A stretch of DNA of 63,530 bases, the filler included, from Chiloscyllium plagiosum (taxonomy: Eukaryota): NCBI RefSeq assembly GCF_004010195.1. It is 4 parts of one record of this genome, joined end to end, with 100 filler letters (N's around TTAATTAATTAA, not from the genome) between each part and the next. Parts side by side here need not be neighbours in the genome. Positions count along the whole stretch, not along the records: positions 1 to 30,048 come from NC_057711.1; 3 more parts are not named here. One strand, given 5' to 3'. Shown piece by piece: positions 13,440 to 25,619 of the stretch; within the stretch, counting starts at the first letter, position 1, and each line of letters begins with the position of its first letter. The notes below the pieces were generated by a model that saw only the letters and a program-made list of their open reading frames with translations, did not search any database and was not told where the DNA came from. The translations under genes were made by a program, and so were the position numbers.

Positions 13440-15140
13440 CTACAGCAAAGCATGTGAATATCTAAATACTGATTAAACATTACCAGAGTTTCAGACAACA
13501 ATAATTTCAGCTCCAGTCTCCCTACACCTTCTGAGTGAACGAAATTTGTATTAACTCTCCTCTTCGCCTTCTCCCTCTTACTATAAAGCTATGTCCCATG
13601 GTCAGCGACCCTCCACTAATTCCTAAAATGCATTCTTATCTTTGGCCCTCGTAATATATACCTGTGTCAGGTTCCCTCTCAATCTCTGCTGCTCCAAAGA
13701 AAAATCCCAGTCTATCCAATCTTTACTGATAGCTTAGTTCTTCCTGCTTAGCCAACATCCTGGGCAAATCTCTTTTGTAACCTTTCTACTGCAAGCATAT
13801 CCTTCCTATAATGTGGTGACCAGAACAGTTCTCTGGTTGTGACCTAACTACCGTTATGTACAGTTCCAGGAGAACCTCCCTGCTCTTGTATCCTGTGAGC
13901 TGAGGCTAATCAAAACAAGTATCCCATATGTCGTTGTAACCACTTCACCTACCTGCCTGCTACCTTCAGGCACCTGTGGATATGGACACTATAATCCCTC
14001 TGATCGTCAGTACTTTTCACAATCCGACCATTGATGGCGTCATCTTTTGCTTTGTTAGCCCTTCAGCAAATGCATTCTCTCACTTTTCCATTTGTCCCTG
14101 CTCTGTCTGACTGACCAGCCCATTGATATCCTCCTGTAGTTTACAGCTATGCATCTCACTATTTTACATCTTACCAACTTTCGTATCATCTGTGAATTCT
14201 TGATCATAACCGGGAGTAATTTAAATCTGAATCATTAACCACCAGAAACAGCAAGGGCCCCAGCACTGAGTCCTGTGGAATTGCATTGGAAACTGTCATC
14301 CAGCAGCAGCAGAAATATTCATCTACTGTCACTCCTGGCTTCCTACCTCTCAATCAATTTTGGTTCAAAAGTGTCAATTTATATTCAATTTCTTGGGCTG
14401 TTACTTTCTTGATGAGACTGCCATGAGGGCTCTGATCAAAGGACTTGCCAAAGCACATATGGACCACATCAAATGCAGCACCACCATCAATATTCCAGGT
14501 TACCTCCTCAAAATACTCCATCAAATTTGTCAAACAGAGCCTGCCCTTAACAAATCCATCTTGACTATCCTCAATTCATATCTCTCCAAGTGCAAACATA
14601 TTCTGTCACTAAAAGGTCTAATACCTCTCCTACTATTGAGGTTAGACTGACTGGCCTGTAATTTCCTGGTCTATCCCTTCCTGCCTTTCTTTATGATGCG
14701 GAGGTGTCAGTGTTGAACTGGGGTGGACAAGGTCAGAGGTCACACGATACCAGGTTATAGTCCAACAGGTTTATTTGAAATCACGAGCTTTTGGAACACT
14801 ACTCCTTCATCACCAGAAAAAGGGGCAGTTCTCCTAAACCTTGTGATTCCAAATGGACCTGTTGGACTATAACCTGGTGCCACGTGACTTCTTGTTTTTT
14901 TTTAAAATGGAAAAAATATTAGCAGCCCTGTGGCCAGAAATGATCTGAGCATTACTGGCAGAAATGTTGACATCTCTCTTACTACAGCCTGGGATACATC
15001 TTATCCAGGCTTACAGATCTAAGGCTGCTAAAACCACCAGTATGTCCTCTCATTCTCTGTTTCCCTATATTCATTTCCTTTAATATTTCGGAGTCTTGCA
15101 TCCTGATACTTATCCCTATGATCCTTTTGTACAAAGTATT
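13440..15140 (-). mobile_element. Old CR1 RT remnant, duplicated at about 19480-20740
   Basis: Degenerate CR1 RT sequence. It shares text with the 19480-20740 copy, e.g. cttagttcttcctgcttagcca and gaccagcccattgatatcctcctgtagtt. Confidence 0.7.
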
Positions 15141-15164
15141 CATTGAAGACTGTGCTAACATGGA

Positions 15165-15755
15165 TGTATGTTTGCTCGCTGAGCTGGAAGGTTCATTTTC
15201 AGACGTTTCATCACCATACTAGGTAACATCATCAGTGAGCCTCTGGTGAAGCACTAGTGGTAAGCCCACCTTTTACTTATGCGCTTAGGTTTCCTTGGGT
15301 TAGTGACATCATTTCCTGCAGTGATGCCATTTCCTGTTCTTTCTCTCAGGGGTTGGTAAATGGCATCCAAGTCAATGTGTTTGTTGACAGAGTTCCAGTT
15401 GGAATGCCATGCTGCTAGGAATTCTCGTGCGTGTCTCTGTTTGGCTTGTCCTCGGATGGATGTGTTGTCCCAGTTGAAGTGGTGTCCTTCCTCATCCGTA
15501 TGTGAGGATACTAGTGAGAGTGGGTCGTGTCTTTTTGTGGCTAGTTGATGTTCATGTATCCCGGTGGCTAGTTTTCTGCCTGTTTGTCCAATGTAGTGTT
15601 TGTTACAGTCCTTGCACGATATTTTGTAAATGACATTCATTTTGCTTGTTGTCTGTGTAGGGTCTTTCAAGTTCATTAGCTCCTGTTTTAGTGTGTCGGT
15701 GGGTTTGTGGGTGACCATAATGCCAAGGGGTCTGAGTAGTCTGGCAGTCATTTCT
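15165..15755 (-). mobile_element. Penelope-like element 3' part (GIY-YIG endonuclease) with hammerhead motif
   Basis: NVIYKISCKDCNKHYIGQTGRKLATGIHEH...REFLAAWHS, followed by CTGATGA..GAAAC-GTC at 15199-15238. Confidence 0.9.
15199..15238 (-). ncRNA. Minimal type I hammerhead ribozyme motif (Penelope-associated)
   Basis: TCA-CTGATGA-TGTTACC TAGTAT GGTGAT-GAAAC-GTC-TGA: intact core, stem II, short stem I (TCA/TGA) and GUC triplet. Confidence 0.7.
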
Positions 15756-15937
15756 GAAGGAACTAAGAAGAGCAGAGGAAGATCACTTATGCAGTGTATT
15801 CGAAAAGAACGGGTATGATGAAGGGCCTTTGCCCGAAACGTTGATTCTCCTGCTCCTTGGATGCTGCCTGACCTGCTGTGCTTTTCCAGCAACACACTCT
15901 CAACTCTAATCTCCAGCATCTGCAGTCTTCACTTTCA

Positions 15938-16650
15938 CCCAATGAACACAGTCCGCCGATTTCTCAGCAACAAACCAAAACAAGCAGCCAAAACACATCC
16001 AGAAACTGTAGCCACTCTCCTCTACATCAAAGACATCTCAGAAATGACTGCCAGACTACTCAGACCCCTTGGCATCATGGTAGCCCACAAACCCGCCAAC
16101 ACACTAAAGCAGCAGCTAATGAACTTGAAAGACCCGAGACAGACAACAAGCAAAACTAATGTCATTTACAAAATACCAAGCAAGGACTGTAACAAACACT
16201 ACATTGGACAAACAGGCAGAAAACTAGCCACCACGATACACCAACTAGCCACAAAACAACATGACCCACTTTCACTAGTATCCTTACATATGGATGAGGA
16301 AGGACACCACTTCGACTGGGACAGCACATCCATTCTAGGACAAACCAGACAAAGATATGTGCGAGAATTCCTAGAGGCACGGCATTCCAACCGAAACTCG
16401 ATCAACAAACACGTTGACTCGGATGCCATTTACCACCCCCTGAGAAAAAGAACAGGAAATGACATCACCACAGGAACTGACATCACCAAACCAAGGAAAC
16501 CTAAACACATAAATAAAAAGCAGGCCATAACACCAGTGCTTCACCGGAGGCTCACTGATGATGTTACCTAGTATGGTGACGAAACAAATCTTCCAGCTCA
16601 GCGAGCAAACTTACATCCAGAACCTCAACCTGAGCTACAAATCTTCTCAT
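15938..16650 (+). mobile_element. Penelope-like element 3' part (GIY-YIG), inverted relative to 15165-15755
   Basis: ORF 15861-16571 NVIYKIPSKDCNKHYIGQTGRKLAT...REFLEARHS. Hammerhead core at 16555-16585 lacks the cleavage triplet. Confidence 0.9.
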
Positions 16651-16872
16651 ACCTCCGATGTGCTAACATCTCCGAGGCCACACACACTAGCCTAATATTG
16701 ACCATTGTCTTTCACCATCATCTGAGAAAGCAGTTGGGATAATCGTATCTGAAAAACAGCTCCTGTGGTAGTGCAGCAGTCTCTCAGAGCTGCATTGTGA
16801 CCATCAGTCCAGTTGTTCCCAAAGCATGGAGAGGGACTTGCGCACATATCCCACTGACTCAGTGATCAGAGT

Positions 16873-17100
16873 AGGAGAAAGTGAGGGCTGCAGATGCTGG
16901 AGATCACTGATGAGAGTGTGGTGGTGTAAAGGCACAGCAAGTCAGGGATCACCTGAGGAGCAGGAAAATAGATGTTTTGGGCAAGAGCCTTTCATCCTCA
17001 TTCCTGATGAAGGGCTCTTGCCTTAAACGTTGATTCTCCTGCTCCTCGGATGCTGCCTGACCTGCTGTGCTTTTCCAGCACCACACTCCCGTCAGTGATC
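16873..17100. mobile_element. Inverted dimer of a short Penelope-derived, hammerhead-bearing element (family B)
   Basis: Two opposed copies of the unit ctgatgaagggct.ttgcccgaaacgt.gattctcctgctcctcggatgctgcctgacctgctgtgc. Other copies at about 2115-2240, 13255-13385, 15815-15935, 19165-19485, 43482-43620 and 50598-50810. Confidence 0.75.
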
Positions 17101-18545
17101 AGAGTGCTGGGCACAGACCCACTTTTATCACCAAGTTTCCTCAGTCTGCACATTCCGTACAATCACAATCCCGAGGACACGGAACGAGGTTGCTTCCTCA
17201 AATTAAGGAGGGGACAGCCGAAAACACAGCCCAATCTGTCTCAGTGTCAACTCCTGTATTGTCTGTGCATGTCTCTCAGTGTCACCTTGTGAGATTTAGA
17301 AATGAGCCATCGTTTCTAAGTCAAAATCCTGGAATTCCCTTCCTCGGGCTGTTGTGGGTCCACCCAAAGTACATGGACTGCAGCTGTTCAAAGTGGCAGC
17401 TCACCCCAACCTACTCAAGGGCAACTCGGGATGAACAATAAATGCTGGGTGCAGCCAGTGACGCCCCCACCCCCTGAATGAATAAAGAAATATAATTCTG
17501 GGCTGTGTGCTCTGCGTTGAGGTGGAATGTAGGAGGATGATCTCGGGAGTTCAATCCTGATCTTGTTTCTGCTTGTTACAGAGAAGTCTCATTTTGCATC
17601 GACTACAGGTCACCAACCCCAGCCCCCTCTCTGTCTACAAAATCTGGTGTAGATTGCCTCAACTGATTCCTTAGAATCCCTTAAAATTCCGGATTGAAAA
17701 GTGGGGAATTGCTGAGTCTCTGGAATATTTAACACTGTGTGTTTCAGAGTGAAGTGAAGATCGCTGGTTGTTATTCAGAACCCTGACAGTAGATTGAGCT
17801 CCCAGCAAGGCTTGGGGGCAGGTTCTGGGTAGGGAGCAGAGGAACACAGAGTGACAATGTCTGAGCAATGCCATTAAGGATGGATTTACAATGATATAGT
17901 GCCTGAGGGAAAATTAGGCACATTGGTACTGTAGGAAGGGAACTCGGAGTGACTAGGTGACAGACCAGGGGTTCACTGTGTATACACGAGCTAATGAGAG
18001 CTACACTGGCCGTGACACTCTGAGACCAGGAGTACACTAATTGTGTTCCCACTGACGGAACAAATGTACATCGACTCCATACACACTGACATGAATAACA
18101 CTGACTGTGTACCTGCAGGCAGCGTTTTAGTGTCGGCTTCTGTACAGCCTGTGTGTGTGTGTGTATGTATCAGTGTCAACTTTTGAGAATGAGTCTCACT
18201 GAGACTAGGTTCTGAGTTGATAAATTCTGAGTGAAAAATGACACAACAGCAAGTAATATTCCAAAAAGGTCATTTGGAAGCACTAGCTTTCGGACCGCTG
18301 CTCCTTCAGGTGGATGTGAAGCAGGACCATAAGACACAGAATTTGTAGCAAAAGATTACAGTGTCATGTGAGTAAAATGATCTACTTAACACACCTTGAT
18401 TGTTGTTGTCTTTCATCTTTTAGAATGGGTTACAGGTTTCGGTTCATTAATATGTAAATCCCAGAACGTCTTTTAAGTCACATTTTCAAGATAAGTTAAG
18501 GTTTTATAAAAAAAGGTGACAGCTCAGCTCAGACAAAATGCCTTA

Positions 18546-18760
18546 AAGGTGTGAGGTTAGAGTGAGTCTGTATCCCAATCTTGACTCAGACTGGTTCTGT
18601 TTCCAAAGTGGAATTTACAAAATATTATATGGATTGACAGTCTGCGTTGACTGCCGACTGTGTATTTTTGAGCAAAGTAGAATGTATCTGTAAATATAAT
18701 TCTGCAAACACAAATTCACCCCATAGACTTATATGTGTGTGCGTGTGCAGGAGAGAGAGA

Positions 18761-18791
<31 letters not shown>

Positions 18792-19164
18792 TGTGTGTGC
18801 ATGTGAGAGAGTGTGTGTTTGTGTGCATGCATGCACACACCCTCTCACAGGCTTATACCCCATCACACTCATGCACACACACTTTACCAAGCTTGTATAC
18901 ATACAAACACAATCTCTCTCACATGCACACACTCTCTCTCTCTCTCTCTCTCTCCTGCACATGCACACACATATAAGTCTATGGGGTGAATTTGTGTTTG
19001 CAAAATTATATTTACAGAAACATTCTATTTTGTTCAAGAAATACACAAACAGTTGGCAGTCAATGCAGACAGTCAATCCATATAATATTTTGTAAATTCC
19101 ACTTTGGAAACAGAACCAGTCTGAGTCAAGATTGGGATACAGACAGACTCTAGCCTCACACCTT
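18546..19164. repeat. Long near-perfect inverted repeat (arms about 280 bp), continuous with a family C element
   Basis: 18546-~18830 is the reverse complement of ~18895-19164, including the embedded (GA)n/(TC)n and (TG)n/(CA)n tracts. Confidence 0.9.
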
Positions 19165-20747
19165 GAAGACGAAAGTGAGGACTGCAGATGCTGGAGATCA
19201 GAGTTTAGATCAGAGTGGTGCTGGAAAGGCACAGCAGGTCAGGCAGCATCCGAGGAGCAGGAGAATCAATGTTTCGAGCATAAGCCCTTCATCAGAAATT
19301 AGGCTTGTGGGCCAATGGGGCTGAGAAATAAATGGGAGGGGGGGGTGGGGCTGGGTAACGGGCTTTTGCCTGAAACGTCAATTTTCCTGCTCCTCGAATG
19401 CTGCCTGACCTGCTGCGCTTTTCCATCACCACTCTGATCTAAACTCTGGTTTCCAGCACCTGCTGTCCTCACTTTTGCCTGCTCCAAGAAAAACCCCAGT
19501 CTATCCAATCTTAGTTCTTCCTGCTTAGCCAGCATACTGGGTAAATCTCCTTTGTACCCTCTCTACTGCAAGCTTATCCTTCCTATAATGTGGTGACCAG
19601 AACAATTCTCTGGTTGTGACCTAACTAGAGTTATGTACAGTTCCGGGCAAACCTCTCTGCTCTTGTATCCTGTGAGCTGAAGCTAATCAAAACAAGTATC
19701 CCATATGCCTTTGTAACCATTTCATCTACCTTCAGGCATCTGTGGAGACGGACGCTAAGATCCCTTTGATCTTCAGTACTTTTCACAATCCGACCATTGA
19801 TGGTATCATCTTTTGCTTTGTCGGCCCTTCATGAAATGCATTCCCTCACTTTGCCAGCTTGAATTCCATTTGTCCCTGCTCTGTCTGACTGACCAGCCCA
19901 TTGATATCCTCCTGTAGTTCACAGCTATACTTCTCACTATTCACCGTCTGACCAACTTCCGTATCATCTGTGAATACAACCTACATTTAAATCCGAATTG
20001 TTAACCATCACACAGCAAGAGCCCCAGCACTGAGCCCTGCGGAACTGCACTGGAAACCATCCTCTAGCAGCAGCAGAAACATCCATCTACCATCAGTCCC
20101 TGCTTCCTACCTCTTGATCAAATTTGGATCCAAAATGCCAATTTGCCTTGGATCCCATGAGCTCTTACTGTCTTGACCAGCCTCCATGGGGGAAGCTGAT
20201 CAAAAGACTTGGTAAAGCAATTGTCATGTGTCACTCTCATCAACACTCCAGGCTATTTCCTCAAAGTATTCCAACAAATTTGTCATTCACAGCTTTCCCT
20301 TAACCAATCCATGCTGACTATCCTCAATTCATACATGTCTCTCTAACTGCAAACATATTCAGTCTCTTCAAAGTCTAGTACCTTTCCCACCACTGAGATT
20401 AGACTGACCGGACTGTAATTCCCTGGTCTATCCCTTCCACCCTTTTTTAATAATGAAATAATGATAGCAGTCCTCCAGTCCTCTCGCTCCTCACCTATGA
20501 CCATAAATAATATGAACATTACTGCCAGAACCCTCTTTCTCGCCTCAGTCTACAGCCTGGGATAATTCCTAGCTAGGCCGACAGATTCATTACTGTTAAG
20601 GCTGCGAAACATAATAGTTCCCCCTCTCTTTTATTTCTCTCTCTCTCTCTCTATGTCCTTTAATTTTAATATTTCTCAGACCTGCACCCTGATGTTTACA
20701 TCCTTTTTCATCATACAAAGTATTCATGAAGACTATGCTCACATCTC

Positions 20748-21370
20748 TGAGGTTGAGTATAGAAGCGAAGAGGTTCTTCTGCAGCTGTACAGGGCCCTGG
20801 TGAGACCGCACCTGGAATATTGTGTGCAGTTCTGGTCTCCAAATTTGAGGAAAGACATTCTGGCTATTGAACGAGTGCAGCGTAGGTTTACGAGGTCAAT
20901 TCCTGGAATGGCGGGACTATCTTATGTTGAAAGATTGGAGCGACTGGGCTTGTATACCCTTGAGTTTAGAAGACTGAGAGGGGATCTGATTGAGACGTAT
21001 AAGATTATTAAAGGATTGGATACTCTGGAGGCAGGAAACATGTTTCCGCAGATGGGTGAGTCCCAAACCAGAGGACACAGCTTAAAAATAAGGGGTAGGC
21101 CATTTAGGACAGAGATGAGGAGAAACATTTCATCCAGAGAGTGGTGGGTGTGTGGAATGCTCTGCCCCAGAAGGCAGTGGAGGCCCAGTCTCTGGATTCG
21201 TTTAAGAAAGAGTTGGATAGAGTTCTCAAGGATAGTGGAATCAAGGGTTATGGAAATAAGGCAGGAACAGTATACTGATTGAGGATGATCAGCCATGATC
21301 ATAATGAATGGTGGTGCAGGCTCGAAGGGCAGAATGGCCTACTCCTGCACCCATTGTCTATTGTCTATTG
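20748..21370 (+). mobile_element. Relatively young CR1 3' end
   Basis: ORF 20653-21282 [19 protein letters not shown]...RRLRGDLIETYKII and a (ctattgt) tail. Confidence 0.92.
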
Positions 21371-21629
21371 GCATTGCAGTACACTTTCAGAGCTGTGCTG
21401 CAGCCATCAATCCAGATGTTCCTGGAGCGTGAAGTCAGATTTGTAAACACATCACGCTGTCAACAGCCACATTCAGCACAAACACTCCTCACTCCACATT
21501 GCAACACATACCTGAGAATCACAATTCCAAGGACAAGAAATAAAGTTGATGACTGGAATTAAAGAGGGCAGGGCAGAAATACACAGCTCAGCCTGGCTCA
21601 GTGTAATGTCAGCTCATGTCCAGTTTCTG

Positions 21630-23785
21630 TGTATGTGTGTGTCTCAGTGCCAACTCCTGTATGGTCTGTGTGTGTCTCAGTGTCAGTACCTGTACAGTCT
21701 GTGTGTGTCGCAGTTCCAGCTTCTGTACGATCTGTGTGTGTGTCTCAGTGTCAGCTCCTATACAGTCTGTGTGTGTGAGTGTCTCAGTGTCAGCTCCTGT
21801 ACGGTCTGTGTGTGTGTCTCAGTGTCAGCTCCTGTACGGTCTGTGTGTGTGTGTCTCAGTGTCACCTACTGTACGGTCTGTGTGTGTGTGTGTCTCAGTG
21901 TCAGCTCCTGTACGGTCTGTGTGTGTGTCTCAGTGTCAGCTCCTGTACAGTCTGTATGTGTGTGTCTCAGTGTCAGCTCCTGTACGGTCTGTGTGTGTGT
22001 GACTCAGTGTCAGCTCCTGTATGGTCTGTGTGTGTGTCTCAGTGTCAGCTCCTGTACATTCTGAGTGTCTCAGTGTCAGCTCCTGTAGGGTCTGTGTGTG
22101 TGTGTGTCTCTCAGCGTCAGCTCCTATACAGTCTGTGTGTGTGTGTCAGTGTCATCTCCTGTACGGTCCGTGTGTCTCTCAGTGCCAGCTCCTGTATGGT
22201 CTGTGTGTGTGTCTCAGTGTCATCTCCTGTACGGGCCGTGTGTCTCTCACTGCCAGCTCCTGTATGGTCTGTGTGTGTGTCTCAGTGTCAGCTCCTGTAC
22301 CGTCTGTGTGTGTCTCTCATTATCAGCTCCTGTGCAGTCTGTGTGTGTCTCTCAGTGTCAGTTTCTGTACCGTCTGTGTGTGTCTCTCAGTTCCAGCTCC
22401 TGTACGGTCTGTGTGTGTCTCAGTGTCAGCTCCTGTACGGTCTGTGTATCTCTCAGTGTCAGCTCCTGTACGGTCTGTGCGTGTCGCTCAGTGTCAGCTT
22501 CTGTACGGTCTGTGTGTGTGTGTGACTCAGTGTCAGCTCCTGTACGGTCCATGTGTGTGTGTCTCAGTGTCAGCTCCTGTACGGTCTGAGTGTGTGTGTC
22601 TCAGTGTCAGCTCCTGTACGGTCTGTGTGTGTGTGTGTCTCTCAGCGTCAGCTCCTATACGGTCTGTGTGTGTGTCGCAGTGTCAGCTCCTGTATGGTCT
22701 GTGTGTGTGTCTCAGTGTCAGCTCCTGTACAGTCCGTGTGTCTTTCAGTGCCAGCTCCTGTATGGTCTGAGTGTGTGTCTCAGTGTCAGCTCCTGTATGG
22801 TCTGTGTGTGTGTCTCAGTGTCAGCTCCTGTACAGTCTGAGTGTCTCAGTGTCAGCTCCTGTAGGGTCTGTGTGTGTCTCTCAGCGTCAGCTCCTATACA
22901 GTCTGTGTGTGTGTCGCAGTGTCAGCTCCTGTACGGTCTGTGTGTGTGTCGCAGTGTCAGCTCCTGTACGGTCTGTGTGTGTGTCTCAGTGTCAGCTCCT
23001 GTACGGTCTGTGTGTCTCTCAGTGCCAGCTTCTGTATGGTCTGTGCGTGTCTCAGTTTCTGGATCAATGGTGCTGGAAGAGCACTACGGTCTGTGTGTGT
23101 GTCTCAGTGTCAGCTCCTGTACGGTCTGTGTGTCTCTCAGTGCCAGCTTCTGTATGGTCTGTGCGTGTCTCAGTTTCTGGATCAATGGTGCTGGAAGAGC
23201 ACAGCAGTTCAGGCAGCATCCGAGGAGCTTCAGCGTGCCTCAGTGTCAGCTCCTGTATGGTCTGTGTGTGTCTCTCAGTGTCAGCTACTGTACGGTCTGT
23301 GTGTGTCTCAGTGTTAGCTCCTGTATAGTCTGTGTGTGTCTCAGTGTCAGCTCTTGTACAGTCTGTGTGTGTCTCTCAGTGTCAGCTCCTGTATGGTCTG
23401 TGTGTGTGTCTCAGTGTCAGCTCCTGTACGGTCCGTGTGTGTCTCAGTGTCAGCTCCTGTACGGTCATCTCCTGTACGGTTCGTGTGTGTCTCAGTGTCA
23501 GCTCCTGTATAGTCAGCTTCTTTATGGTCTGTGTGTGTCTCAGTGTTAACTCCTGTACGGTCTGTGTATCTCTCAGCGTCAGCTCTTGTACAGTCTGTGT
23601 GTGTCTCTCATTGTCAGTTCCTGTACAGTCTGTATGTGTCTGTCAGTGCCAGTTCCTGTACGGTTTGTGTGTGTCTCAGTGTCAGCTCCTGTATGGTCTG
23701 TATATATATTTCAGTGTCAGCTCTGTACAGTCTGTGTGTGTGTCTCAGATGTCAGCTCCTGTACTGTCTGTGTGTGTGTGTTTCA
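21630..23785. repeat. Minisatellite, unit about 30-42 bp: ctcagtgtcagctcctgtacggtc(tg)n
   Basis: Dozens of tandem units with variable (TG)n length. Explains the Cys/Val-rich ORFs in all three plus-strand frames. Confidence 0.97.
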
Positions 23786-24411
23786 TAGTATGACCTTGTT
23801 TCTGAGTCAAAACTTGGAATTTCCCCACTTCTGGCATTATGTGTCTCCATGCAGCATGTGGACTCGAGTGGTTCAGGAAGTTTGCTCACCCTCACCTAAT
23901 CAAGGGGCAAATAGGGACAGGCATAAATGCTGCCCTCGCCAGCGATGACCCCACCCCCTGAATGAATAAAGAATTATAATTCTGGGCTATGTTGAGGTGG
24001 AATGTCAGAGAATGATTTCCGGGTTTGATCCTGATCTTGCTTCTGAATGTTGCAGGGAAGTCTCACATATCTTCGATCACATGACCTCACCCCCAGCTCC
24101 CTGCCTGCTTGCATATACAGCTCCGCTTGTTGTAAATTACATCGACTGGTTCCTTTAGATCGCTTCAGATTGCAGATGGAACAGGAAGTGATCAATTACT
24201 GAGTCTCTGGAATATTTAACACTGTGCGCTTCAGAGTGAAGTCAGGATCTCTGGCTGTTATTCAGAACCATGACAGCAGACTGAGCTTCCAGCAAGGCTT
24301 GGGAGCAGGTACTGTTGGGAGGGCAGAGGAACACAGAGTAATAATGTCTGAACAACACCATTCAGGTTGGATTTGCAATGATAAAGTGCTTGAGGGAACA
24401 TGAGGCACAAT

Positions 24412-25142
24412 TTTTTTTATTTCAATAATATACTTTATTCATTAAATTATTTTGATATCTATACAATTGATGATTCCATACGTATGTATACATTCCATTT
24501 CTTTACATACCGAGATCGGAATTAATCATTCGTATGTACAAATCTGTACAATGACTATCCAGCTATTCTGCTGAGGCGTCAGTGGAGTGCAAATACTGCG
24601 TGGGCCCCCTGTTCTTAGGCAGGCAGATGTTACACGGTGGTCTTCCCCACTGTGCCTTGGCGGCAGCTGCCACGAGCTTTAGCGCGTCCCTCAACACGTA
24701 GTCCTGGACCTTGGAATGTGCTGGTCTGCTACACTCAGCTGGAAGATCAACAGGTTTCGGACCGCCCAGAGAGCGTCCTTCACTGAGTTGATGATCCTCC
24801 AGGCACAGTTGATGTTCATCTCCGTGTGCGTCCTGGGGAACAGACCTTAGAGCACGGAGTCGCTTGTCACGGAGCTGCTCGGGACAAACTTCGACAAACA
24901 CTACTGCATTCCTCTCCAGACTTCCTTAGCATAGGCACATTCCAGAAGGAGGTGTGTGACAGTCTCGTCCCCCCTGAAGGGTCTCAAGGACACTATGTGC
25001 TGACCACTTCCTGATGGACTTGTGGGCAAAGGTGTTTTTCTTCATAAATTTCTCCACGAAGGACAGGTGATACAGAACGGTCCGACTACTCGGAGCGTTC
25101 TGCGGCAGTGAGGCCAGGTCCATTCTTTGCAACACTGGGGGG
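24412..25142 (-). mobile_element. 5'-truncated Tx1/L1-type LINE with poly(A) tail and 8-bp target-site duplication
   Basis: C-terminal motif HSKVQDYVLRDALKL.AAAAKAQWG, T-run at the left end, GGCACAAT repeated at 24404-24411 and 25143-25150. The paralogous cores show the empty site. Confidence 0.8.
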
Positions 25143-25619
25143 GGCACAATGGGACTGTAGGACTGGGGGTGTTTAGGTGACACTGCTTCTGCTTGTGCGA
25201 AACAAGTGCTTGACAGGTATGCTGACTGTGTTCCCCCTCAGACTAAATGTGAGCTGACACAAGGAGTATAGTCCTTGTGTACACAATGGGAGTAGGGTGC
25301 ACAAACTGTGTTCACACCGAGCGACCAAGTGTACACAGACTCTATCATCACTGACATAGCAGTAACACTTTATCTGTGTATATGCACATGCGGGTTTCAG
25401 TAATAGCTGAGTGTGTATGTGTGTCTGTATCAGTTCCTGTACCGTCTGTGTGTATCTTGGTTTTACTTTCTGTATGGTTTGTGTGTGTCTCAGGGTCACC
25501 TTCTATGAGTTGGAAATATATTACTATTTCTGAGATGAAATCCTGGAATTCCCTCCCTAATGGCATCATGGGTCTACCTACAGCACATGGACAGTAATGA
25601 AGGCAGCTCTCCCATCTCT

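Noticed and set aside
21630..23785. Repeat-spacer appearance suggesting a CRISPR array
   Set aside because: The spacers are only (TG)n length variants, the context is a vertebrate genome, and there are no cas genes.
21546..23948. Long Cys/Val/Ser-rich ORFs of up to 319 aa that resemble keratin-associated or metallothionein-like proteins
   Set aside because: They are translations of the (TG)-containing minisatellite and are open in all three frames.
24220..24226. CACAGTG heptamer (minus strand) in the duplicated core, suggesting immunoglobulin or TCR recombination signals
   Set aside because: No ACAAAAACC-like nonamer at 12- or 23-bp spacing, the heptamer is not kept in all copies, and there are no V, D or J segments.
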